64,000 bases of DNA from Eledone cirrhosa (Eukaryota): the NCBI GenBank assembly GCA_964016885.1, contig OZ024744.1, positions 29,822,001 to 29,886,000 of the forward strand. Reading direction: 5' to 3'. Position 1 is the stretch's first letter; each line of letters opens with the position of its first letter. The notes below the pieces were generated by a model, which saw only the letters and a program-made list of their open reading frames with translations, was not told where the DNA came from and ran no database searches. The translations under genes and the position numbers were made by a program. Positions 41,627-52,858 of the stretch are shown piece after piece.

Positions 41627-44600
41627 TTACAGACACATACTCAGAGAAGGCCCATTCATTCGGGCCATACTTGCTTCTCTCACCCATCTTTCAACAAAAT
41701 GCTGGGAAGAGAGCACTTCCCTCTCTACCGTGATTTTCCTTTTCAAATGAAATTTGAAAAAGTTAATCAGGGCATCACCGAAGAGGTAAGTGCTCGTCTT
41801 CAGCCCTTTCAAACGTTTCCACCATACTATCTCTTTCGCCATGGCCACCAGACAGATAAAAACTGCCTGCCCTTCCCGGCTAAATGAAGAAGGCGGGGCA
41901 ATCCTCACGATGTACTTAACTGATAGCTGGATCCGTCCTACACGTGACAGCAGGTGTTCGACATAAACCCACAAGTCAGCAATGCTCGGACACTGGACGA
42001 GTGCGTGCAGGACGGTTTCGTCGCCCTGCGCGCATCTCGGACATGCCCGGCTGACGGCACCTCCATGTCTGTAGAGTTTATCCCGAACTGGCAAGGCTCC
42101 TCGGTAGCACTGCCAGGCCAGAGATTTCTGGAAGTTGTCCATAGGCCCTGGCCCGAAAGTTCTTCCGAAGAGATTGGCTAGTTGATTTTTGTCGACGCCT
42201 AGAGTTTCCCCAAGTACGTCGTCGCTCTTCCCCTCCACTAATCCTCTATAGAACGCCGAGGTGGAGTTTCCACCGATCACATTGCCCGATTGGTCGAGGG
42301 CTGTGAGCGCCTGAAGACATTCCAGTCTCCAGGCGCTCCCTCTCGGTCTTCGCTTGACCCAGGACTGCAGCTCTGTCAAGGAAACGAGCTGGGGAAATAC
42401 GTGTCTAGCAAACGGCGACCACTCCTGATCACCGTCGAGGAAGAGGTGGAGATGTCGTAGCCTGAGCGCGTGCCTGCGCATCATCAGCCACGGCATTCCC
42501 AGCCCTCCACGTAGCGGGTGTTGACAACAGATGGACCGCCTGACCATCGGAGCGCGTCCCTTCCACAAAAAGCGAATGAGCAAACGTTCCAGCGCAGTCA
42601 GGCGAGGCTTAGGACAAGGTACGACGGTCAGGCGGTAGTAGATGACAGACGCGATGTACGCGTTAACCACCTCCGCTCGACCTTACAGGGATAGCTTCCT
42701 CTCCGCCCATTTCTGGGTGAGAGAAGCCACCCTGCTCGTCACCTCGTCCCAGTTTTTGTCCGTCTGGAGGTCCGGACCGAGCCAGACCCCTAGCAATTTA
42801 ACCGGTCCGTCCGTCCAGCGTCCGACGACGCTGTTGGACGGCATGGACCTGCCTCTCCAGGTGCCGAGCTGCAGGCCCACAGACTTTTCCTGGTTGATCA
42901 TTGCTCCTGTCACCGCTTCGTATTCTCTTAGTGTAGTTCCGATCACCTCGATGAGTTTGGCGTTCGACACCACTACGGTGACATCGTCCGCATATGCTGA
43001 CACGGATCTTCCGCATCCTAGTTCGCGCGGGACGCCCCTCAACGTCTCCAGTTTGTGCAGTAATGGCTCGAGAGTCAATACGTACAAGAGGGACGAGAGG
43101 GGACATCCTTGGCGGACCGAGCGCATGATGTTGAACGGTTCCGAAAGGTGACCGTTCACTCTCACCACAGAGCAGATGTCGCTGTGCATGGCAGCGATCC
43201 AGCCTCTGAAGACGGGCCCAAAGCCAGCCGCCCTCAGGACTGCCGCTAGGTAACGATGGTCGACCCTATCGAAGGCTTTCGACTGATCTAAATTGATCAA
43301 GGACCCACCCGTGCCAGGTTCCCTAGCTACCCTCTCTACGATGTATCGCATGAGGTGGAGGTTGTCGTGGATGGATCTGTCGGGAATGGCGCATGTCTGC
43401 GCCTCTCCCACCAGACCACCAACGACAATCGCCAACCTATTTGCTAGCACCTTGGCCAAAATCTTGAACTCTGTGTTTAGCAGAGTTATGGGCCTGTAAT
43501 TATCTATGTTATCCCCCTTGTTCGGATCCTTTCTCAGCAGTGCCACCGCTCCTCGGCTCACAGAACTGGGAATTCTCCCGTTCTGTTGCCAGTTGCAGTA
43601 GACGTCCGCCAAGAGGCCTCCGAACAAGTCTGGCATCTGTACGTAAAGTTCATAGGGCAGACCATCCAAACCAGGCGATTTACCCCTTGTGAAGCGAGTC
43701 ATTGCCTCCCTTACTTCAGCGGCTGTTATCGGCTTTTCGCAACACTCTGCCTCAGTGGCCGAGAGCCGCGGCAGTCCGTCGAGGTAGACACTAAAGTCCA
43801 TCCCTCGACCCGGCCCACCGCTGCCCCCGAACAGCTGAGTGAAGTGTCGCTGAAAAGCTTCACACATTTACCCGGGATCGAGTAGCATGCGCCCGTCGTG
43901 GTGCGCCCGTCGTGGTCCACCAAAGACCGGATCGTGGCTTTGTTGCCACGACGCGCCTCCGCCACTCGGGCCCATTGAACGGCTTTCGTCCCCTCGTGTC
44001 TGAGAGCACGCACCCTAGCTCTGACAACGCAGCCTTCGTGCTTTGCATTGAAGAATTGGTCAAGGGCCAATTTCGCCGCAAGCACGTCGGTCGCAATGCC
44101 TTTGCTAAGCGCCTCGTCTAATTTTCTAACTAGCTTTCCATCTGCTCTATTTTTCTCTATTGCTAAAGCCTTACTAAACCAAATGGATTCTATTCTAATC
44201 GCTCTTTTCAGAGCAAACCACCACTTGTTGTTGACGGTGGCCCCCGTCAACGCCCGCTTAACTAGTTAGCTAATCCGGTCTCTGTAGGCCTTGCGCGCTG
44301 GTCAGGACGCGTTTAGCTTCCAATAGCCGGGTCCTCGTCTATGAAGCCTATCTAAGTCAAGCACACAGATCACGAATTTGTGGTCCGTGTAGCTGACTAT
44401 CTTGAATTGTGGACAGCCTATGCTAGACCTATCTATTTCCCTACAAAATACTCTATCTAGATATGATCTGGATGACCCTATGCGATTTGTCCAAGTCCAA
44501 ATTGGCACATTTGGGAAATGCAATCGGTACCTGTCAGACAGTTCAAAACACCTGAGCATATTGGTGAGGCTCTTGCACCCTCCACCCCTATCCGCTAATC

Positions 44601-45060
44601 CCACACAGTCCCAGCGTGCATCTAAGATCCCGTTCCAGTCGCCCACTGACACTAAAGAGCGGGACGTTCCAAGAAAGGTCTCCAGACGCCGGAAGAAATC
44701 AGGCCGCCCTGCTCCTGTCGGGGCATAGACGGCCACTAGCCTGAAAGCTTGCCCGTCTCCGCTGGTCACGTCCAGCACCACCAACTTACCCTCTGGGTCC
44801 AGGAAGATGGCCCGTATGGCAAGATCCAAACCTCTCCGAAAAAGCACAGCAACTCCTCCCCCCGATCCAGGACGGCTGGGAGATGCGTACACATCGTAGC
44901 CGCTGAAGATCGGTGCGAAGGCCCGTGCTTCGGAGTTTCTGGTCTCGCTGATGGCCACTACATCTATTTTTAGTGACCTGAGGTCGTTGAGCAGGTGACC
45001 CTGCTTCCATGACAACCCCAAGCCACGCGCATTTATGCTGCCTATTCTGAGTGAGGTCAT
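41627..45060 (-). pseudogene. Tx1 ORF2: APE endonuclease, reverse transcriptase, C-terminal zinc knuckle
   Basis: APE motifs SINARG, ISET, AVYAP, VGDWN, YLDR and TDH. RT motifs NYRPITLL, DQSKAFD, RQGCPLS and YADD. Knuckle CPRC..ETVLHALVQC. In-frame stops near 44300 and 44267; frameshifts near 43890 (14-bp duplication) and 42680. Confidence 0.9.
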
Positions 45061-45428
45061 GTTTAAAATAGAGTGGAAAAGATGGGAAAGACCACTTACC
45101 GTACTTTTCGTAGAGGAGGGATGGTTTTTCCATCCCTTTTCACTCGATCGTCTGGGGAAGGGACCGTTGAATCGTCCCTTCGGCTGGTCGTCGGCTCTTC
45201 TATGAGTATGTCCGAATATACTCTTCGGTTGAGAGTCCCTCCTAGGTAGGTCTCTGAAATCACCAACTGCGTTGAGGAATTTCGTTTTAATGTTTGTGTA
45301 TTGTTTCTGTGCTATTTTTAGCAGTCTTATATTAGTTGGCGTTTTGATTGGTGCTGGTATTATGTAGTCGTGTTGTGAAATGTCTGTGTGTTCAATTATG
45401 TAAGTCATTAGTTTCTTGTTGTGTGTAT

Positions 45429-47210
45429 TTATTGCCGTGCATTTGTTTTTCTGGGGGTGGGGTGTGGTTCTGCTATTTTTTGTCGTTGTTGCTGGGTGTG
45501 TGTGTTTTGTTGTTGTGTTTGCGATGTTGGTGCTTGTGGTGGTGGTGTTGAAGGTGTTGTTGTTGTTGGCGGTGGGGTTGTCACCGGTGGTGATGGTGGT
45601 GCTAGTGTGGGTGGTGATGGTGTTGGTGGTGTTGCTGCTGTGAGTCTCTTTGCAGTAGCCTTTACCCTTTTTTCATTTCTTTCCTCCCTTTTCGAAGGCG
45701 ACGATGCGCTGCTTCTGCGTTTGTGCCTTCTTACGACCTTTTGCCATCCCTCTCCCACCTCACACTCCATGTCTGATTCTGTGAGGTCGGGGAGGGGTAC
45801 CAGCTCCACTCTTTCACTTGTTGTTGTTGGTGATGTTTGCACTGGAGTCTCTGTTGCAGCTGCATTTGGTATTGCTGTTGTTGTTGTTAATACTTCCACT
45901 GTTGCTGCTGTTTTTGATTTCCGTGGCGTGGGTATGGGTGCCACGGACCTATCGGTCCTGGTTGCCGCATGACCTGTTTCTGGTAGCCGTGGAGCCGGTT
46001 TCGGAAGGAGGGGATTTTCTCTTTTCTCAGGGTCTTCTCGTTGCAGAAGGCCCTGAGGTGAGTCTTCAATCCACAGCGAAAGCATTTCGGGCGTTTGCCC
46101 TCAACACTTATGGACAGTTGAGTGCCGTTATCGAAGTCTATCACATCCGGGATAGCTTCTATGCACTCCTGGTTGGTTTGGATTAACATCTCAATGGAGG
46201 TGCCGACCCAATCTTCTCTTACTTTTTTCTGTACTTGCAGTACAGTTGTTTTGTCCTCGATTCCGACGAGGACAGACGCGGCCAGCCAAGAAGGGGCCAT
46301 CCCGGGGGGGGGGGGGGGCGACGACGACAACGACGTGGGTCAGTTTGACCCTCACAATTTTTTGCCCGCAGTAGGAGGGCACCAACACCATTTCCTCGCT
46401 CCTTAGGGTCACTAAGGATTGAGCCTTTGCCTCCTGGGGTGTGGCAAAAAGTACGTCTACAGTGGTATATTTCTTGCCTCGGGTGATGTGCGTTTTCCGC
46501 TGCCACACAGACCCCAAGGCTTTTTGTATTTGAGCCTCTGTGGCTCTTTCAACCCTACGGGATTTTGTACTTACTGTACGGTACGTGACCGTACAGTGCT
46601 GTTGGGTTTCGAAAAAATTTTCCGCTGCCTTGCAGATTGCTCGGTGTCCAGTCTTTGTCACCATCTTCTTCGCTTCCTCTAATTCCTCATTTGTTATGAG
46701 GATGGTTTCCAGGTTCTTTGCGATACCTGCAAACGAGATTGGTTTTTCTTTGCTGTTGTTGTTGTTGTTGTCGTCAGAGCTGCTGTTACTTTTGTTGTTG
46801 CTGCAGGTACTATGACTACTGCCGCCACTGCTGTTGCTGTGGTTGTTGTTGCTGCTGCTGCTGTTGTTACTGCTAATGCTGTTGTTGTTTATGCTGCTGC
46901 TGATGCTGTTGCGGCTGCTACTGTTGTTTTCCTTGTCACTTTTGCTGCTGTTATTACGGCTGCTACTGCTATTATTCCTGACGTCAGACGAATGAAATGG
47001 GTTTTCGTATTTCCCGCACACCTTTTTCGTCGTTGTTGTCGTCGTCGTGGAGAAATCTTGCTCGCTTTGCACGTGATTTTTCTTTTCTGGCGTCGCTTGC
47101 GAAAGAGAAGGGAGGGAGAGAGACAATCTTCTCTCTGCTGTAGTGACGATTGAGGAAGAAGAAGACGGAATGAGTGGGAGTGACGTATGAACATTCATTT
47201 TCGTAGCCAT
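45429..47210 (-). pseudogene. Tx1 ORF1 (gag-like, CCHC knuckle), frameshifted
   Basis: Ser/Asn-rich N-terminus with SFAGIA, knuckle CFRCGLKTHLRAFC and a GWQKV motif. The frame breaks at the G run 46303-46318 and near 46020. Confidence 0.8.
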
Positions 47211-47456
47211 GTTGTTTTTTTTTGTTTAAAATCAATATTGGGCACAAAACCCCAATAAGCGGTTATTTGACCCCGAAGGGCCAAATAATGGGCAGAAAGA
47301 CCCCTCTCACGAGGAGGAGGGTGTTTTTGTCTACAAGTTGGTTAAAGTTTTAAACAATTTACAATTGTTATAGCGGTCAAAATTTACAATACCTTACAGA
47401 ACCGAGCCTCCGTCAACCATAGCATTCAATAATAATAATAATAATAATAATAATAA

Positions 47457-50400
47457 GGGAAGAAGACACACATAGTGGATAGAAGGTCGAGAAATCGCTC
47501 CCGTAAGTTTTGATTTTTTAACATATTTAAATCAATTGTGAAATAACAATTCTTAGTACAAATGTTGCATAAAACATCCAGCTTGAGTTCCAAAAAATTC
47601 GGATCCACAATATATTGTTATATCGCTCAAATATTCAATTTTGTATTATACATTTTATATTCAAACAGAAAATGGTTATAAATGGAAGGAAACCCCCTCT
47701 GTCTACACTATATAGAACAGCCAAATAACAGCAATTTCACCAACATCAGAAACTAGATACACCACCTACCCCATCACTCCTCTGTGTACACTAAACACAA
47801 CAGCCCGATAACGGCAATTTCACGACCACCACCACCACCAATCTCAACATAATAATAATAATTACTATTACTGTTGCCTCAAGTTTTAGTTTTAACAAAA
47901 TGTTTAATTCCAATAAATGTCAACACATACACGCGACTAACGATAATTTCACTAAAGATAATTTCACCACCAATACCACCACCACTACCACGATGAAAAC
48001 TCTGGTCAAGTCGACTCAAATTTCTACTCCAACTTCAACACCATCACTACAGTAATACGACCACATCACCACCACCGCTGCCTCACTATCGCTACCGCCG
48101 CTATTCTCTCCCACTACCTCCTGCTAGTTGCTGCTAGCACAGCACCGCCATCGCCGCCGCTGCCTCAATATCACTACCGCCGCTATTCTCTCCCGCTAGC
48201 CCCTGCTACATTGTAGAATTCTCACTGAAAGAGGAAAACATCGAAATATATAAATAGACTGAATTGATGACCCGATCAAAATAAAAATAAAAAAAAAAAA
48301 ACAATAATCAAAATCAAGTTTTAGTTTTAACAAAATGTTTAATTCCAATATTATGGGTAAATGTCAACGCATATACGCGACTAACGATAATTTCACCAAA
48401 GATAATTTCACCAAAGATAATTTCACCACCAATACCACCACCACTACCACGACGAAAACTCTGGTGACGTCGACTCAAATTTCTACTCCAACTTCAACAC
48501 CATCACTACAGTAATACAATCACATCACCACCACCGCTGCCTCACTATCGCTACCGCCGCTATTCTCTCCCAGTACCTCCTGCTAGTTGCTGCCTCAATA
48601 TCACTACCGCCGCTATTCTCTCCCGCTACATTGTAGAATTCTCACTAAAAGAGGAAAACATCGAAATATATAAATAGACTGAATTGATGACCCGATCAAA
48701 AAAAAAAACAAAAACAATAATCAAAACCAAGTTTTAGTTTTAACAAAGTAATACGACCACATCACCACCACCGCTTCCTCACTATCGCTACCGCCGCTAT
48801 TCACTCCCACTACCTCCTGCTAGTTGCTGCTAGCACAGCACCGCCGCCGCTGCCTCAGTATCAATACCGCCGCTATTCTCTCCCGCTATCCGCTGCTACA
48901 TTGTAGAATTCCCACTAAAAGAGGAAAACATCAAAATATATAAATAGACTGAATTGATGACCCGGTCAAAATAAAAAAAAACAACAACAAAAATCAAAAT
49001 CAAAGCAGCACCGCAACAACGAAAAACGTAAAGGAAATAAAAATGAAGAGAAAAACAAACGGACGGACAGAAAAGGGAAGGGAAAAACTAAGTCAGACAT
49101 TCAAACACTACATTACAATGAAACTTATGTTTATTCATTTTGGGGGTTTTTTTCTGCCTGTTTGTTTGTTTGTTTGTTTGAGTTCGTCTACAGCGTGATA
49201 ATGCCACACAAAAGTCACGTGAAGTGACGAAACCACCGGAGAAAAGTAATTCACCGGTGGTTATGTAACCATATATTCGCCAATCCTCGATAAGAGTGTT
49301 TAAATGTCGAACCTAAACAGTTCGAATAACGGTGAAATGGAGACTAGAATGTCATGTGACAGACTCTCACCCAACAGGTGCTCCCTGGCTCAGCAGCAGG
49401 GACCTGGCTGTCAACCAAATACTGCTGGTGTCGGAGGAAGAAGAAGAAGGAAATGGACCAGAACCAACTGGACGAAAAAATTGAATAGAACTGTTATGCA
49501 ATGTTACCTGAAGAGTAACCCCAAGGAGAAAGGCTATAGGAAAAGGATGCATAACATCTGGAACGAGATAGGTCCATTTAAATTAGATTAACAAAAACTG
49601 GCCGGGCAGGCTCGGGTAATAAGAACTAATGGTTGGATAAGCGAGCTGGAACTGGAGGAACTGGGCAGAGAGATGAGCTTGGAGATGGAGGGTGGAGTAT
49701 GCCAGGCAAACGAGCCAGTGGGAAATGAAGGTGAAGAGGTCGAGAGAGCGGAGGAACTACCCGAAACAGACAATGATCTGAATGCTGAGATAAATAATAC
49801 CTGGAACAGAGGTACGGCCACTGAGGAGATGAATGCTGACGGGCTAGGACAAGATTTGGTAGATATCCTAAATTTAGTGGTAGATGAATTGAACAATGAT
49901 AGTGGGAGACCTATGAACCTAAGATTTGTAGACAGGAAAAAGTTAAAAGAAACAACAGCTAAGGTAAACAAAGTCATCCCATACCTTGAGGCGAGGAGCC
50001 TTCACCAGTGCAACAATATCCTCAAAGCAACAGCAAATACGGTGAGGAAACTACTTGGTATAAAAGCGAGAGGAAACAACAGACAAGAAAGAGCAGAGCC
50101 TTGGTGGAAGAAACGACTGAATGGTCAAATCAGGGAAATGAGAAATGACATTGGAAAGCTTGAGTCCCTACTGAATGGGACACTAAAAAACATAGACACT
50201 AAAAATAGACTGGAAATAAAGTACAAAACTAGGAGGAAAAAGCTAAATATTATCATAGAAGAACTGAAGCAACGCATTGTAGCAAAAAGTGCAAAAATCA
50301 GGCGATACGAGAACAGAGTCAGCCAGTATAGACAGAACCGCATGTTCGACAACAACCAGAAGATGCTGTTTGAACAGCTTGAAGGGAAAGAAAGAGGCAA

Positions 50401-52800
50401 CGACTTGATTCCTGAGGCGGAACGAACTAAAACATTCTGGAGAGGAATATGGGAGCAGGGTGTTAAACATAATGACCAGGCAGTGTGGATTGAGACAGTA
50501 CAGAAGGAGATCAGTGAACAGGCACGCCAACAAACTGATTTGAGTATCACAGTTGAAACTCTTAAGGGGCAGGCCAAAAAACTAACCAACTGGAAATCAC
50601 CTGGCCCAGATGTTGTGCAGGGGTATTGGATTAAAAACATAACATCCCTCCACCCGAAACTGACAACCATGTTCAATGACTGCTTGATGTCAGGTGAGGT
50701 ACCAGAGTGGTTGACAAAAGGTACCACAGATCTGATAATGAAAGACCGAATCAAGGGTCCAACTATAAACCTATCACATGTATGTCCGTAATGTGGAAAC
50801 TGTTGACAAGCATTATATCTGAGGAAATCTACCATCACCTCCACACAAACAACTTGTTACCGGACGAACAGAAAGGATGCCGAAAGAAGTCACGTGGTAC
50901 AAAGGACCAGTTACTTATTGATAAGATGGTAATGAGGAATTGCAAGAGGAGACACACTGGTCTTGCCATGGGATGGATAGACTACAAAAAGGCATTTGAC
51001 ATGGTGCCTCATTCTTGGATCACCAAAAGCCTGGAGATCTTCAAGGTGGCAGATAACATCAGGCAGTTGTTGGGCAAAAGTATGAAGTCCTGGGAAACAG
51101 AGTTAACATCAACTGGAGAATCCTTGGGAAGCGTGAAGATCAAGAGAGGTATCTTCCAGGGAGATAGTCTGTCCCCTCTGTTGTTTGTCCTTGCCCTGAT
51201 ACCCCTGACCAGTGTACTGCGAAAAGTGAGAGCAGGATACAGGTTGGGAAAGGGAGGGCTTACCATCAATCACCTCCTCTTCATGGACGATCTTAAGCTC
51301 TTCGGGAAGAGTGAGAAGGAGTTGGATGTGCTTGTTGACACTGTCCGTATTTTCAGCAATGATATATGCAATTTGGTATTAGTAAGTGTGGAGTCATTGT
51401 GATGAGGAGGGGTAAGTTGAGCAGAAGTAACGGAATCCAGATACCAACAGGTGAGATGATAAAAGAAATTGACTCTGAAGAAGGATACAAGTATTTGGGC
51501 GTTCTGGAGGCTGATGACATCAAGAACAAAAAAATGAAGGAATTGATAAGAACTGAATACCTTCGGAGAGTAAGGAGCGTATTAAAGTCACATCTGAACA
51601 GTAGGAATACCATAAGTGCAGTAAATTCCCGAGCTGTGTCTATTATTAGGTACAGTGCGGGAATTCTGAGATGGAATGTTGCTGAACAAAAAGAAATTGA
51701 TAGGAAGACTAGGAAGCTATTGACTATCTACAACATGTTCCACAAGAGGAGTGATGTCGATAGACTCTACTTAATGAGATCTGAAGGTGGAAGAGGTCTT
51801 ATCAGCATAGAGGACTGTCTTAAGATGGAGAAAAACAACCTACACAAATACGTGACTGATAGTAAGGAGCCAATGCTCAGAGCTGTACTGAAGGAGGGGA
51901 CAGTAGGCCAGGGGATGTCCAAGGAGGAAATAACATCAAGGAGAAAGAGCAGCCTTCAGGAAAAATCCCTTCATAGTACCTTCTTTGAGAAAAATGAATT
52001 TAGAGATCCACAGACATGGAACTGGTTGAAAAGAGGAGACCTTAAAAAGGCTACAGAAGGAATGTTAATGGCTGCGCAGGAGCAAGCCCTCAAAACGAAG
52101 TGGTTGAAACACCACATTTACAAGGAGGAGGCTAGCCCACTGTGCAGGATCTATGGAGAGAGAGAGGAGACTGTGGCTCACATTGTATCCGAGTGTAAAG
52201 ACCTAGCCCAGACTCACTATAAGGGCTGGAGACATGATGTGATGGGCAGGGTGATCCACTGGCACCTATGCAAAGTAAACAATTTACCACATTCTGAGAA
52301 GTGGTATGAGCATAAGCCAGAGGCGGTGATAGAAAATGATCAGGTGAAGGTGCTGTGGGATTTTAGGATACAGACGGACAAGAAACTGGAACACAATAGA
52401 CCTGACCTGGTGGTTTTGGACAAAGAAAAAAGATCGTGCCTGATTGTGGATGTGGCCTGCCCATTCGACACGAGAGTGCAAGAGAAGGAGAGGGAGAAAA
52501 TTAACCGATACCAGGACTTAAAGTGGGAGGTAAAAAGGATTTGGAACTGCCATGAAGTCAAAGTGATCCCGATTGTCATAGGCGCACTAGGGACTATCTC
52601 AAAAAGTTTCCAGGGATGGTTAAAGAAAATTGGCCCCTTCACGCTTTTTGGAACGCTGGGAACAGCAAGAACAGCAAGAACCCTCCGAACAGCAAGAACC
52701 CTCCGATACGTCCTGAATATCTGAGGCTGCAGGTAGTGGCTTGATATTCATTTCAACAAACTTTCCAGTTAACTAACATCAATGACTGAGACTCAAAAAA
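47457..52800 (+). mobile_element. R4/Dong-clade retrotransposon copy B, full length, ORF disrupted
   Basis: Starts GGGAAGAAGAC directly after (TAA)n, with a ~1.9-kb 5' UTR. The ORF runs 49337-52724 with a stop at 49589 and frameshifts near 50760 and 51365. (TAA)n follows to 52858. Confidence 0.93.
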
Positions 52801-52823
52801 TAATAACAATAATAATAATAATA

Positions 52824-52858
<35 letters not shown>

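Larger units (their letters stand above)
41384..47427 (-). mobile_element. Full-length Tx1-clade LINE (6.0 kb; ORF1 and ORF2 both disrupted) flanked by (TAA)n
   Basis: TAA tracts at 41326-41383 and 47428-47456. Contains a ~220-bp 5' UTR, ORF1, ORF2 (APE-RT-CCHC) and a 3' UTR ending AATAAAGAAAAC. Confidence 0.93.

Noticed and set aside
49205-49268. Hammerhead suggested by GTCAC/GTGAC-GAAA-stem-GTT in copy B
   Set aside because: No CUGANGA before stem II, and copy D lacks GAAA at this position.
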